From a bacterium (GTDB lineage Bacteria; Electryoneota; Electryoneia; Electryoneales; Electryoneaceae), in contig CAXXKJ010000002.1 of NCBI GenBank assembly GCA_963675295.2, positions 2,496,001 through 2,560,000 on the forward strand: a DNA stretch of 64,000 nt. Reading direction: 5' to 3'. The notes under the pieces were generated by a model, which was given only the letters and a program-made list of their open reading frames with translations, made no database searches and had not been told where the DNA came from. Every line of letters begins with the position of its first letter. Position 1 is the stretch's first letter. The position numbers and the translations under genes are program-made. Below, in pieces: positions 9,204-20,300 of this stretch.

Positions 9204-10550
9204 TCATTCAAACAGCTTCATCGCTTTACGGCTGGCGTCCGGCGTACAGAACAACACAACACGGTCTCCTACATAGATTTTGGTGTCTCCGACCGGGATG
9301 ACACCCTGGCGTTCGTGCTCGACCGCTACCACGATCGAGCCGGCAGGGAACTTGATGTCCCGGATCTCTTTGCCGACGACCTTGGAATCTGCGCTGACCT
9401 GGAACTCGAGTGCCTCGGCGTTGACGGCTGCCATATGGCGCAGCGAAACGATACGTCCGAAACGGATGAACTTGAGGATCGCGTTCGAGGTCAACAGGCG
9501 CGGGTTGATCGCTATTTCGAGCCCGATGGTACGGATGATCGGGGGATAGGCGGCGTTGCTGGTCAACGTGATAGTGCGCGGGACTTCGAGATGCCGGGCG
9601 AGCAGACTGGTGACGATGTTGTCTTCGTCATCGTCGCTCAGCGCGGCGAAGATATCCATGTCGATGATGCCTTCGCGACCGAGCAGGTCGATATCAGACA
9701 TCTCACCGATCACGACCTCGGTTTCGGACAGTTCTGCGGCGGCTTCCTCACCGCGTACCGGGTCGGTTTCTACCAGTTTGACCTGCAGGTCCTTGAACTG
9801 CTCGAGCTCGGCCGCGACCATGCGTCCGATGGAGGTCGCGCCGTAGAGCATGACGCGGTGGCTGGTGTCGACGGTGTGCCCGGCGAGGCGAAAGACCTCA
9901 TTCAGGTGTTCGGTGCGGGCGGAAACATAAACATCGTCCCCGAGCAGGATGTGATCCTGTCCGCGTGGAATGATGGTTTCGCCGTCACGGCTGATGGCGA
10001 CGAGACGGAACGACAGCTTGTCCTGCTGCACGTCAATTTCCATCAGCTGCTTGCCGATCATCGGCGAATCTGCCTTGATTTTCAGGCCGACAATGGCGAT
10101 GTGCTGTTCGCAGAAGGTGATCATTTCCAGCACCTGCGGGTAGCGCACGAGCCGGACAATTTCCTTCGTCGCCTCGTGTTCCGGGTGAATCACGAGGTCA
10201 ATACCGAGATCGGAGGAATCGAGGAACGACTGTTCGGAGGAGAATTCGCGATTACGTACACGGGCGATCTTGGTCTTCACTCCGAACTGTTTCGCAATCA
10301 TGCAGGCAAGGATGTTGACCTCATCGACGGTGGTGACCGCGATGATCATGTCCTTGTCCTGAATTTTCGCCTCACGCAGCACGGACGGACTGGTGCCCGC
10401 GCCCTCGATCGCCATGACGTCGAGCTGTTCCTCGATCATCGCGATACGGTGAGGATCCTGGTCAACGACGGTGATATTGTGGTTTTCCCGGCTCAGAAGA
10501 CGAGCGAGGTGCGAACCGACTTCACCGGCGCCGATGATCAGGATATTCAT
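9204..10550 (-). CDS. trkA: Trk potassium uptake NAD-binding subunit
   Basis: MNILIIGAGEVG, two RCK_N/RCK_C pairs; start 1 nt after the serS stop. Confidence 0.96.
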   Translation of the reverse strand: MNILIIGAGEVGSHLARLLSRENHNITVVDQDPHRIAMIEEQLDVMAIEGAGTSPSVLREAKIQDKDMIIAVTTVDEVNILACMIAKQFGVKTKIARVRNREFSSEQSFLDSSDLGIDLVIHPEHEATKEIVRLVRYPQVLEMITFCEQHIAIVGLKIKADSPMIGKQLMEIDVQQDKLSFRLVAISRDGETIIPRGQDHILLGDDVYVSARTEHLNEVFRLAGHTVDTSHRVMLYGATSIGRMVAAELEQFKDLQVKLVETDPVRGEEAAAELSETEVVIGEMSDIDLLGREGIIDMDIFAALSDDDEDNIVTSLLARHLEVPRTITLTSNAAYPPIIRTIGLEIAINPRLLTSNAILKFIRFGRIVSLRHMAAVNAEALEFQVSADSKVVGKEIRDIKFPAGSIVVAVEHERQGVIPVGDTKIYVGDRVVLFCTPDASRKAMKLFE

Positions 10551-10551
10551 C

Positions 10552-11832
10552 TCAGACTCCAGCAATCTGGTCGAGTCCACCCATGTAGTTCTGCAGGGCG
10601 GCGGGGATCCGTATCCGGCCTTCCGGCGTCTGATACGTTTCCATGACAGCCACCATCAGGCGGCTGGTGGCGAGTCCGGAACCGTTTAAAGTGTGCGGCA
10701 GTTCCGGTTTGCCGTGATCGCCGGCACGGTAACGCAGGTTCATCCGGCGGGCCTGGAAGTCGCGAAAGTTGCTGACGCTGCTGACTTCGAGCCAGGATCC
10801 CGTTCCCGGCGCCCAGACTTCGATATCGAAACAGCGGGCCGCTCCGAACGACATTTCCCCGCAACACAGGTCGAGTACACGATAACGCAGCTTGAGCCGT
10901 TCCAGAATTTCGGTCGCATGGCCGAGGATTTCCAGCTGTGTCTGCTCGGATGTTTCCGGCTCGACGATCTGCACCAACTCCACCTTGTTAAACTGATGCA
11001 CGCGCAGCAGACCGCGTGTATCCGCGCCGTACGCTCCCGCCTCACGGCGGAAACAGGCGGAATATGCGGTGTATTTCAACGGCAACATGTCACCGTCGAC
11101 GATCTCATTGCGGTGCATGTTCGTGATCGGCACTTCGGAGGTCGGGATGAGGAACAGGTCATCCTTCTCCATCAGGTACATGTCCTCTTCCAGCTTTGGC
11201 AACTGGGAGGTACCGAACGCGGAGTCGCGGTTGACAGCAAACGGGACGTACAGTTCGTTGTAGCCGTGCTCACCGGTCTGAATGTCGAGCATGAAGTTGA
11301 TCAGCGCCCGTTCCAGCCGTGCGCCCTTGCCGACGTACAGCGGCCAGCCACCGCCGGTGATTTTCGCTCCACGGGGCATGTCGAGGATGCCGAGACCTTC
11401 CGCCAGCGCGAGGTGATCCTGCAGTTTGAAGTCCGGTGCTGGCTCATCAGGCGTCCATTCACGGACTTCCAGATTTTCGGCTTCGGTCAGGCCTTCGGGC
11501 GCGTTCGGATCGGGCTCAGCAGGCCAGTTGGAGAGCAGTTTGTCCAGCTCGGCGCGAACGTCGCGTTTCTCGTCATCCAACGCGGCAGCCTGTTCGCGCA
11601 AGCTGCGGGCGTGATCCATCTCTTCCTGCGCGTCGCGGCCGGCTTTTTTCGCCATGCCGATCGCCTTGGACGCCTTGTTCAGCTCGGCCTTGAATTCATC
11701 TCCGCGCTGTGTCATCTCGCGCCAGCGAGCGTCGAGTTCGAGAGCCTTGGCGGTGTCGGCGTCAAAACCCTTTCGGGCAATGGCGGCCTTGACATCGTCG
11801 GAGTTCTGGCGCAGGCGTTTTATATCATGCAT
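10552..11832 (-). CDS. serS: Serine--tRNA ligase
   Basis: LIPTSEVP, CFRREAG, RVHQFNKVE, HTLNGSGLA; likely start MHDIKRLR. Confidence 0.98.
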   Translation of the reverse strand: MHDIKRLRQNSDDVKAAIARKGFDADTAKALELDARWREMTQRGDEFKAELNKASKAIGMAKKAGRDAQEEMDHARSLREQAAALDDEKRDVRAELDKLLSNWPAEPDPNAPEGLTEAENLEVREWTPDEPAPDFKLQDHLALAEGLGILDMPRGAKITGGGWPLYVGKGARLERALINFMLDIQTGEHGYNELYVPFAVNRDSAFGTSQLPKLEEDMYLMEKDDLFLIPTSEVPITNMHRNEIVDGDMLPLKYTAYSACFRREAGAYGADTRGLLRVHQFNKVELVQIVEPETSEQTQLEILGHATEILERLKLRYRVLDLCCGEMSFGAARCFDIEVWAPGTGSWLEVSSVSNFRDFQARRMNLRYRAGDHGKPELPHTLNGSGLATSRLMVAVMETYQTPEGRIRIPAALQNYMGGLDQIAGV

Positions 11833-11926
11833 CGGTAAATCGTCCTGAATGTTGTGGGGCTTGTGATCCCCATCCGTGAAAACGGCAGCCAGTGGCTGCC
11901 GGGAAGTCGCTGAAGTGTAACGGTCG

Positions 11927-13345
11927 TCAGTGCCCTTTCCCGGCAAGAACGACGGCAAATGTATGCATTAGAATCTTCATATCAAGGCCGATCGACATAT
12001 TCTCGATATAGAACAGGTCGTACTGGAGTTTCTCGCGCACGTCCGATTCGGTCACATCATAACCCCGCCGAACCTGCGCCCAGCCTGTGATGCCGGGTTT
12101 AACGTTGTGCCGCCTGTTGTAAAATGGGATCCGTTCGACGAACCTCTCAACGAAGATCCGCCGTTCCGGTCTCGGTCCGACGAGGCTCATGTCGCCTCTC
12201 AGCACGTTCCACGCCTGCGGTAATTCATCAATCCGCCATGCCCGCAGCACACGTCCGAGCGGTGTGATCCGTGGATCATCGTTCGTGGCCCAGACGGCAC
12301 CGGTTTTCTCTTCCGCATCCTGGTACATGCTACGGAATTTGTAAAGCTTGAATTCCCTTCCGCGCAATCCAACCCGGCTTTGTACGAACAGCGCCGGCCC
12401 GGGCGAAGTTACCCGGATGATGATACCGATTGCCAACAACACCGGCAGACCGAGAGTCAGCACCAGCAGCGAGACGAACAGGTCGACGATTCGTTTCAGC
12501 ACGACCTGTGTTGGATTCATTGGCGCGAGGAAGACTTCCAGCAACGGCAGTCCGTACAGCTCGCGGCTCTTCGCCATACCGACCAGGATCTGGAAGAAGT
12601 CGGGGACGATCATCACCCGCAACCCGCGCCAGTGGGCGACTTCGATGATTTGTTCGGCTTGTTCGCGCTGTTCCGGTTCCATCGCGATCAGCACGTATTC
12701 CAGGTCCGGATGCTGGTCGATGAACGCTCCAAGCTTGCTTATAGCGATCGCGGGGACATCCTCAGGGGACTCGTCCTCAGGCAGCGTGGCGACAGCCTGC
12801 ACCGCATGGCCGAACTCGGGAGAGACGGTCAACTGTTTCAGCAGCTTCTGTCCGCGTGGCCCGAATCCAGCGATGACGGAACGGAACTGCCCGATACGCC
12901 GCAGGTACAGCGAGCGAATCCAAGTGCGGAACAGGGCGTGCGCCGACCCGGACGCGAGAATCACCAGCAGACCGTAGGTGAGCAGCACCAGGCGGCTGGT
13001 GGTGAACGGATTTTCCGACCACGTGACAATGAAGATGATCACCAGGCCGATGACAACGGCTTTGATGATCTCGATGAATGCTTCGAAGCGTGAAATGCTG
13101 GTTTTACGGCTGTACAATCCGCGCAGAGTGTAGACGATCAGCCAGTAGGCCATCGGCACCAGCGAGAGGATCATGTACTCCCACGAGAGGACGCTGAAGC
13201 CCGGCACGAGCGGGTCGTTGAACAGGTCGGTCTCAAACCGAAGCGACCAAGTGAGGAAAAGGGCGACCTGGAACGCGAGGAGGTCCAGGAGGATCAGAGC
13301 CGGCGCACGGTGCCGGATGATCCAGTTCAGCGTACGCGATCCCAT
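11927..13345 (-). CDS. Polyprenyl-phosphate glycosylphosphotransferase (WcaJ/WbaP-like initiating transferase)
   Basis: N-terminal TMs; KFRSM, DPRIT, IDELPQ, MSLVGPRPE, VKPGITGWAQV. Confidence 0.93.
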   Translation of the reverse strand: MGSRTLNWIIRHRAPALILLDLLAFQVALFLTWSLRFETDLFNDPLVPGFSVLSWEYMILSLVPMAYWLIVYTLRGLYSRKTSISRFEAFIEIIKAVVIGLVIIFIVTWSENPFTTSRLVLLTYGLLVILASGSAHALFRTWIRSLYLRRIGQFRSVIAGFGPRGQKLLKQLTVSPEFGHAVQAVATLPEDESPEDVPAIAISKLGAFIDQHPDLEYVLIAMEPEQREQAEQIIEVAHWRGLRVMIVPDFFQILVGMAKSRELYGLPLLEVFLAPMNPTQVVLKRIVDLFVSLLVLTLGLPVLLAIGIIIRVTSPGPALFVQSRVGLRGREFKLYKFRSMYQDAEEKTGAVWATNDDPRITPLGRVLRAWRIDELPQAWNVLRGDMSLVGPRPERRIFVERFVERIPFYNRRHNVKPGITGWAQVRRGYDVTESDVREKLQYDLFYIENMSIGLDMKILMHTFAVVLAGKGH

Positions 13346-14484
13346 GACGAGAACGATCCGAGCTTGAATCCGTCAATGGAACCTTGATACGCTGCGTGCA
13401 ACATCAGCACCGCGTAGTAACTGTGGGTGAGGATCGGCACAGACTTGTAGCGGCCCAATCCCCGACCGAGAATGGCGAGGAATCCCAGTATGGTGCTGCT
13501 GAAAAAGAAGAATCGTTGCAGGGCGTCAGATCGCCCGAGCAACAGCTTGATGGTTGCGGAGACCAGCATCGCGAGGAGCAGGAACGGCGCACCCCAGCGC
13601 AGGATCTTGTGGCTGATGGTGAGCCACGCCAGCCGTGGAAAGCGGAACGGGTTGAGCACCCAGCGGAACTTGATGATGCCGGCGACGGACTGCTGCACGA
13701 TCCGCATCTTGCGCCGGTGTTCGATCTCGAGGTCCGGTTCCTCGACCTGTTCCCGGCAGATCGCGTTCGGGGCGAACACGGTGCGGTAGCCCTTTACCGC
13801 AATCAGCATCGGCTGCCAGAAATCCTCGTACACGTCTGGCGGCAGGTCGACGAACATGCTGCGTCGGACGGCGTAGATCGATCCCATCGCTCCCAGCGCA
13901 CCGCCTGAGGCCGATTCGGTCTTCTTGTAGAACAGTTCAATGCTGTTCCAGAAAAAACCCTCCGTCGCGCTACGTGAATCACCCTTGTCGAGATAAACGT
14001 GATTCCCGGCGACGCTGCCGACTTTCGGGTCCTGGAACGGTCGCACCAGCTCGCGAAGCGCGTCGTTGTCGAACGGTGTGTTGGCGTCAGAAAAGACGAG
14101 GATCTCGCCCTTGGCGTGTTCACGGACCGCGCGTCGTTGCGCCTCGGTTTTGCCGACGTTTCCGTATTCCGCGAGGAACACACCCTGGTCGGCGAAGCTG
14201 CGTACCACGTTCGGCGTATCGTCGGTGCAGCCGTTGGCAGCGACAATGACGGTGTACTTGTCTTTCGGGTAGTCGAGGGCGACGCTGTTGGCGATTTTAT
14301 CACCGATGACGTCCGCTTCGTTGCGAGCGGCGATAATCATCGTGATCGTGGGCAGTTGATCGTCCGTCTGATCGGCGTAAAAGGGCTCACCTTTACGACG
14401 TGCGCTGACAAGGAGAATCGCCGGGAAAAGGATAAACTGGTAGGCCAGCAGTGCAATTGGCATGTAGAACAGCCATGTCAGCAT
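13327..14484 (-). CDS. Glycosyltransferase family 2
   Basis: IIAARNEA, FSDAN (DxD-like), ED motif, C-terminal TMs. Confidence 0.9.
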   Translation of the reverse strand: MLTWLFYMPIALLAYQFILFPAILLVSARRKGEPFYADQTDDQLPTITMIIAARNEADVIGDKIANSVALDYPKDKYTVIVAANGCTDDTPNVVRSFADQGVFLAEYGNVGKTEAQRRAVREHAKGEILVFSDANTPFDNDALRELVRPFQDPKVGSVAGNHVYLDKGDSRSATEGFFWNSIELFYKKTESASGGALGAMGSIYAVRRSMFVDLPPDVYEDFWQPMLIAVKGYRTVFAPNAICREQVEEPDLEIEHRRKMRIVQQSVAGIIKFRWVLNPFRFPRLAWLTISHKILRWGAPFLLLAMLVSATIKLLLGRSDALQRFFFFSSTILGFLAILGRGLGRYKSVPILTHSYYAVLMLHAAYQGSIDGFKLGSFSSWDRVR

Positions 14485-14487
14485 GGT

Positions 14488-15702
14488 TTATCCTTGAAGT
14501 GTGACCGTTTTCCCGGGCCGATACGTTGGAACAGCAAGATCTTGATAAACTCGCAGCAAGTCCACTCTGAACCGCTCCCAGTTCCATTCGTCGCGCGCGT
14601 GTTTCCACGCCTGCCGTCCCATGGCCCGGGTGCTTGTCGGGTCGAGGATCATCTCCCTGATGCAATGATACAACCGTTGAGCGTCAAATGGGACCACTCG
14701 TCCCATGCCACGCTCCTCGATTTCCTGCTTCGCGAGCGGCATGCTGGCGCAGACCACCGGGGCGATTCCCCGGCTGGCGTAGCTCATCAATTTATTTGCC
14801 GGCCAGATGCGGGAGCTGTGTTCGTCCTCACGCAGAGCGACGACACCAATGTCCATGGTGTCCAGCAAATCTGGAAGTTCCGGGCGATTCACCCAGCCGG
14901 ACAACTTGACACGGTCCCGCAGTCCGGTCCGATCCGCCCAGAGGTCGAACCAGTGGCGGTCGTTTTCGTTGAGGAAGTCGCCTGCGGTCTGGAGGATCAG
15001 CTCCGGGAATTCCGCTGCCAGTTTTTCGAATGCTTCCAGCAGCAGATCCATCCCGCGATTCAAGGTAAAGTAACCCTCATGGCCGAGCACGCGCACCTTG
15101 CCCCGGCGTGAAATCGGTTTCTCTCGAATCTCCGGCGCGGTTAGCACAGTGCGGACGCTGATGAACGGATTCTGCCACAGGTAGTATTTCTGTTCCAGCT
15201 TGTGCGCGGTGATGACGGCATCCACATGCCGCGTGACCATGTACTGCTCGTATTCGAGGAAGCCGTGTACGATTAAACGACGCAGCAGCCGGTTGTTCAC
15301 TGCCGCGGCATAAAAGTATGGCCAGGCTTCATGGGCGTCGAAGATCAGCTTGGCGTCATGCCCCTGGCGAATGCGTCGGCTCTTGGCGTGCGCTCCGGCA
15401 AACAGGGCGGCGTCGCCCTCATGCGCGTGATACACATCCGCTTCCTCCGCGAACGCCAGTTTCAGCAGGGAATAGAGGGTGTAGGCTTTCCGTAACGGTC
15501 CGTTGAACTTCTTTTCATATGTGACGATACGGATACCGTCCTCTTCGAACCGTTGCGGCATGGTGCCGGGATTCGGCGCGATGATGGTGACCTGGTGCCC
15601 GGCGTCGCGCAATGCTTTTGCTTCAAGGTGAAACATGCGCCCGTCAAACGGATGGTGCTGAGCGCACAGTTTCACGATCCGATATCGTTTCATATCGCTC
15701 AT
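14488..15702 (-). CDS. Glycosyltransferase family 4
   Basis: HPFDGRMF, DVYHAHE, IFDAHE, PANKLMSY. Confidence 0.88.
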   Translation of the reverse strand: MSDMKRYRIVKLCAQHHPFDGRMFHLEAKALRDAGHQVTIIAPNPGTMPQRFEEDGIRIVTYEKKFNGPLRKAYTLYSLLKLAFAEEADVYHAHEGDAALFAGAHAKSRRIRQGHDAKLIFDAHEAWPYFYAAAVNNRLLRRLIVHGFLEYEQYMVTRHVDAVITAHKLEQKYYLWQNPFISVRTVLTAPEIREKPISRRGKVRVLGHEGYFTLNRGMDLLLEAFEKLAAEFPELILQTAGDFLNENDRHWFDLWADRTGLRDRVKLSGWVNRPELPDLLDTMDIGVVALREDEHSSRIWPANKLMSYASRGIAPVVCASMPLAKQEIEERGMGRVVPFDAQRLYHCIREMILDPTSTRAMGRQAWKHARDEWNWERFRVDLLRVYQDLAVPTYRPGKTVTLQG

Positions 15703-17135
15703 TTCGCCACCTTCAGCTGCCGGTCTTCTTCATCCTGCAGCTTTTCGAGCAGCACCGTCGCCGAAGCCGCGAGTAGCATCCAGATGAAGATGAAGCGATA
15801 GTACAGCATGCCGGTGTTGAAGATGCCCACGAACATCACTCCGCTGATGGTGGAGGCGTACGTAATGCCAAGCAACTGAATCAAGCGATCGTTTGCCTTG
15901 AGATACAGCCGGAAGCTCTGGATCCAGATACCGATATAGACAGCGACCATCAGGAACACCATTGGCCAGCCGCCCTTGTAATATGCCATGCCGTACGAGA
16001 TGTCGAAATAGTAGAAGTAGTTCATGGTGTGCACCCAGTTGTTCAACTGACCGCCACCGAGCCCCAGCCATCCCTGGCTGCCGACTTCCTGGATTGCGTT
16101 TCGAAAGTCCCATACACGTGACAGGAACGATTCGTCCGTCATGCTCTGCACGTCTTCCCAGCGGGTCAACAGAACGCTAAGGTCGGCGTTCAGCAGATAG
16201 GCCGCGCCGAAGAGCAGGCCGGCAAAAAGCGCCCCGATTCCAAGGATCAGGATTAGCCACAGGGTTAACGTCCGCGGTGTGAAGCCCTTGCGGAACACAA
16301 AGAGTGTGAAATAGACAAACGCGATAATCACGGCAGCCAGCCACAACGAGCGCTGCTGCGAGAGGAAAACGTGGATCATCGTGATCAGGATCAGGCCGGC
16401 GCCGAGAAATCGGGTCCAGGTTGTCTTTCGCGTGAGGAAAAAGGTCATCGCGAGCGGCACGGTCAGCATCGTGATCTGTGGCTGCCGGTTGAGTGTACGA
16501 TTCAACACGAGGCTGAGGATGTCGGTGTAGTGAATCATGATCAACGAGGCGGTTTCGAACGCCGCGCCGATGCCCAACGCCAGCAACAACCAGTTCCAAT
16601 TCACCATGTTGCCGTGCAGCCGGAACCGTCCCCGCCAGAAGAAATAGGCGAAGAACATGCAGAGGTACGAAATCTCCCAGGTCATGAACTTCAACGGATT
16701 CCCGATCGCCATCCCGCGCAGGTAGGTGAAGGTGCACCAGGCAAGGAACAGCAGAATCAGTTTGCCGAGGAAGTCCGGTCGTGGGGGAGAGTTGTCGATC
16801 GGGTTCGGGTTGACCGTGCGGTCCGCGTAATGCAGGATCACCATCGCGGTAAACGCCGGCATGAACGTCATGATGTGATAGAAGACCGGGTAGTATTCCT
16901 GGTCACTCTGGTTCGACGTCAGCACCATGAAGGCGAGGTAACCAGCAGGTAACAGCCACGGCTTCCACGCGCCCCAGACAAAGAACACCAGCCCGGCAAT
17001 CAGCGCGAAGGCGTAGGATTGACCTCGCATGACGTGAACCGTCGTTGCCGCAGCTGCGAGCAGCAGCAACGCGATTCCGGCGGTGGTCAGAAAGGTGCGG
17101 GTGGAGTTGTCCTGAACTGTCGCCGCGTGCGTCAT
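15699..17135 (-). CDS. O-antigen ligase / Wzy-like polytopic membrane protein
   Basis: Many TMs, SQQRSLW motif, periplasmic loop SFLSR...WLGLGGG; polysaccharide-cluster context. Confidence 0.75.
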   Translation of the reverse strand: MTHAATVQDNSTRTFLTTAGIALLLLAAAATTVHVMRGQSYAFALIAGLVFFVWGAWKPWLLPAGYLAFMVLTSNQSDQEYYPVFYHIMTFMPAFTAMVILHYADRTVNPNPIDNSPPRPDFLGKLILLFLAWCTFTYLRGMAIGNPLKFMTWEISYLCMFFAYFFWRGRFRLHGNMVNWNWLLLALGIGAAFETASLIMIHYTDILSLVLNRTLNRQPQITMLTVPLAMTFFLTRKTTWTRFLGAGLILITMIHVFLSQQRSLWLAAVIIAFVYFTLFVFRKGFTPRTLTLWLILILGIGALFAGLLFGAAYLLNADLSVLLTRWEDVQSMTDESFLSRVWDFRNAIQEVGSQGWLGLGGGQLNNWVHTMNYFYYFDISYGMAYYKGGWPMVFLMVAVYIGIWIQSFRLYLKANDRLIQLLGITYASTISGVMFVGIFNTGMLYYRFIFIWMLLAASATVLLEKLQDEEDRQLKVAK

Positions 17136-17136
17136 C

Positions 17137-18363
17137 TCAGGACGAGCCCCCCGAACGGGTCGGTTTCGCCGAACTCCAGAAGCGGCTGGGCTTCAGCAGC
17201 GTAATGGTGTCGTGGATGTAGCGGTGACGTTCCGGGTCTTCCAGCTTCAGCCGTTCCATGGACTCGTTAAACAACAGGATCGGATACAGCACGAGGAAAC
17301 TGGCGAACAACCACGCGAGCACGATGAATGCACGCCGCGGGCGGCTTTTCTTTTCTGGCACCTGGCCATGGTCGAGGATGAAAATGTTGCTGTCCTCGCG
17401 CATTTCCATGATCCGTGCCTGCTCGAACTGCGGCAGCAGAAATTCGAGGATTTGCGACTGCATCTCGACTTGACGCATGCGGCGGAGGTATTCCAGTCCC
17501 TTGGTCGGGGCGGTGTCCAGCTCGATGAAGATGTCCTGCGCTTCGTTTTCCTGGCTGCGTTCCAACTGGTTGTACTGGCGTCGCAAAGCCTCCACTTCCT
17601 GCTTCGCCTGGATCACCTGGGAGGAGGAGGATGGCAGCGTGGCGGCAGCGACCTCGTAGGCGACTTCTGCCATCGCAAGTTCGCGATAGACCGCGCTGAT
17701 CGCCTCGACCGATACACGCAGTTGGTCTTCCAACGCGAAGACGCCGCTCTCTTCCTGGAAATCTTTCAACGATTCTTCCGCCGCGGCGAGATCCTCGTAG
17801 TTTTTATCCAGCCGGCGTTCGATGAACTCGCGCTGGTTGCGAGCCTGCGCGCGGGAGATCTCTGTAAACCGGGTGCGAGCGTAGTCAACGATAAAGTTCA
17901 CCGTTTCCGCAGCCAGTTCCGGAGTTTCCTCCTCAGCGTTTACGATCAGCAGCCCGACCTCGTTGACTTCCCACCCGATCAGACCCTCATAGCGTTCGTA
18001 GGCAGCTTCCCGGTTTTTCAGCTCGTGTTTTTCCATCCAGCCGAAATGATCGATCGTCGTGTCGCGCAGCTCACGGCTGTCGAGAATCGACAGTACGAGG
18101 TTCATCTCGTCCGAATAGGTTCCGGCGACATTGAGTGCGCCCTGGGCGAGCGACGGCAACAGGCTGGAGAGTCCGAACGAATCGGACGGTGGAGGCAGCA
18201 GGCGCGCCTTGCTCATGAAATATTTCTGCGTGAGCAAGGCGTAGCTGACCGATGCAATCAGCATGATCATCAGGTACAGCACGAAAATGCGCCGGTACTT
18301 TAACAGAACCGCAACGTGATCCCAGAAGGTCATTGCGCGGTTCCGAACAGGTGACTCGTTCAT
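17137..18363 (-). CDS. Wzz/Wzc-like polysaccharide chain-length determinant (no kinase domain)
   Basis: Two TMs flanking a coiled-coil periplasmic domain; VPEKKSRPRRA motif; start could be up to 18420. Confidence 0.85.
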   Translation of the reverse strand: MNESPVRNRAMTFWDHVAVLLKYRRIFVLYLMIMLIASVSYALLTQKYFMSKARLLPPPSDSFGLSSLLPSLAQGALNVAGTYSDEMNLVLSILDSRELRDTTIDHFGWMEKHELKNREAAYERYEGLIGWEVNEVGLLIVNAEEETPELAAETVNFIVDYARTRFTEISRAQARNQREFIERRLDKNYEDLAAAEESLKDFQEESGVFALEDQLRVSVEAISAVYRELAMAEVAYEVAAATLPSSSSQVIQAKQEVEALRRQYNQLERSQENEAQDIFIELDTAPTKGLEYLRRMRQVEMQSQILEFLLPQFEQARIMEMREDSNIFILDHGQVPEKKSRPRRAFIVLAWLFASFLVLYPILLFNESMERLKLEDPERHRYIHDTITLLKPSRFWSSAKPTRSGGSS

Positions 18364-18534
18364 GTCGGTGATCAGCTCCGAGTGAACAGGTGAGATGCGT
18401 GTCCTGGCCGTAATGGACAACCACGATGAAAGCGGAAAGTAGCTGTCAAAATGGAAGGGTGCAAGGCAGCGTCCCGTTGCGTTTTGCCAGACAAGATACC
18501 CATTGCGGTGTAGCTTGTTCCCATAAACGTGTGA

Positions 18535-20184
18535 TCAGTCCTCTACCGGTTTCATCAGCAGCTTCGGCAGAAACATCAGCAACAGAGCACCCGGAATCAG
18601 TCCGATCCACGGCGACATGCCGAGCCCGGAGGGCAGGTAGCCGAACACAATCGACACTCCCGCCGCCAGCAGGGCGTAGGGGATTTGCGTACGCACATGC
18701 TCAATGTGCTTGCAGCCGCTGGCCATCGAGGAGAGGATCGTCGTGTCGCTGATCGGGCTGCAATGGTCGCCGAATGTGGCCCCGGCGAGTACCGCGCCGA
18801 CAGTTCCGAAGAAGACTCCGTGTACCGGATCGCCCGCGTGCCCGCCAAGACTGGCCATCTCGTACGCTAACGGAATCGCGATCGGGATCAGGATCGCCAT
18901 CACGCCCCATGAGGTCCCGGTGGAAAACGCGATCAGCGCCGCGATCAGGAAGACAACCATCGGTAGCATGGATGGCGCAAGATTGCCGGAAACGAGGTCA
19001 ATAACGTATTCCGCCGTGCCGAGGCGGTCGGTAATGTCGCCCAGCGACCACGCCAGCAGCAGGATAACCATCGCCGGCATCATGGCCTTGACGCCGTCGA
19101 TCAGTGCGTCGGAGACATCGTGAACCTTGATCGTGCCGGGATAAACGGCGAGAATGGCCGCGCTGACCATGCCGAAAAATGAGGCGGCGAGCAACACCTG
19201 GGCGGAATCGGCTGCGCCGAGGATTTCGAACAGGGCCGCGTCCGTACCCGCTCCAGCGCGACCGGAGAGGTAGAGGCCGGCGAAAGTCGTGACGATCACC
19301 AGTCCCACCGGTACCAGGGCCAGCAAGACACCGTATTTGCCCGCTTCCGCGCTGTCCAACGTCTTGCCGGTGTCTTCGGCGGAAGTGTCGTTTCCTTCAA
19401 GCGCCAGCTTCTCCGTGGCCAGCATTGGGCCGAAATCTCGTTTCCACCACGCCACTGCGCCGACAAGAATCAGGGTGAAGATGCTGTACGTCGTGTACGG
19501 AATGGATTGCAGGAAAATGAGGTAGCCGTCCTGAACACTAGGCAGGTGCGCGGTCGCCTCCTCGATAAGACCGATCTCAAATCCAACCCAGGTGGAAATC
19601 ACGGCGATCGAGGCAATCGGCGCTGAGGTTGCGTCAACGATATACGCCAGCTTGGCACGGCTGATTTTCAATCGGTCGGCGTAGGGACGCATGGTGTTGC
19701 CGATCAGCAACGTATTGGCGTAGTCGTCGAAGAAGATGATCAGACCCATCAGCCAGGTGACGAGCATCCCACCGCGCCGCCCTTGGGTCATCTTCTGCAA
19801 CGCCTGGACAATCCCCGCCATGCCTCCGGATTTGGCGAGCACGCCGACCATCGCGCCGAGCATCAGGCTGAAGAGGACGATGGCGGCGTGACCGGGATCG
19901 GCCAGCGCGCTGAGGAACAGGTCGGTGGGGAGCAGCAGCAACGCATCGCCGGGCGAACCGTTTGTCAGCAGGAAGGCGCCGACCAGAATTCCCAGCAACA
20001 AGGATCCAATCACTTCACGCAGCAGGATTGCCAACCCGATGGCGATCAGGGGTGGCAGCAGGGAGGTCCAGGTGGGACCGCCGGAATCGCTGACTCCGGT
20101 CGCGGCGAGCAGTGGAGGAATCGCAACAACGCAGAGCGAGAACAGGAGCAAGGCGATAAATAGACGGCGGCTGGTGTGTACCAT
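18535..20184 (-). CDS. Na+/H+ antiporter NhaC-family protein
   Basis: IFFDDYAN, FSTGTSWG, GDHCSPISDTTILSS. Confidence 0.9.
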   Translation of the reverse strand: MVHTSRRLFIALLLFSLCVVAIPPLLAATGVSDSGGPTWTSLLPPLIAIGLAILLREVIGSLLLGILVGAFLLTNGSPGDALLLLPTDLFLSALADPGHAAIVLFSLMLGAMVGVLAKSGGMAGIVQALQKMTQGRRGGMLVTWLMGLIIFFDDYANTLLIGNTMRPYADRLKISRAKLAYIVDATSAPIASIAVISTWVGFEIGLIEEATAHLPSVQDGYLIFLQSIPYTTYSIFTLILVGAVAWWKRDFGPMLATEKLALEGNDTSAEDTGKTLDSAEAGKYGVLLALVPVGLVIVTTFAGLYLSGRAGAGTDAALFEILGAADSAQVLLAASFFGMVSAAILAVYPGTIKVHDVSDALIDGVKAMMPAMVILLLAWSLGDITDRLGTAEYVIDLVSGNLAPSMLPMVVFLIAALIAFSTGTSWGVMAILIPIAIPLAYEMASLGGHAGDPVHGVFFGTVGAVLAGATFGDHCSPISDTTILSSMASGCKHIEHVRTQIPYALLAAGVSIVFGYLPSGLGMSPWIGLIPGALLLMFLPKLLMKPVED

Positions 20185-20300
20185 GACGGTCGTTTTCCCT
20201 GTGTTTGCGACACTCCGGGGATCTCATGGGGTCACAAGCCGTGTTGCACGGTTTTGCGACACGGCCTATATTCCAAATCTATCCCGAAAATGGCAGGGCG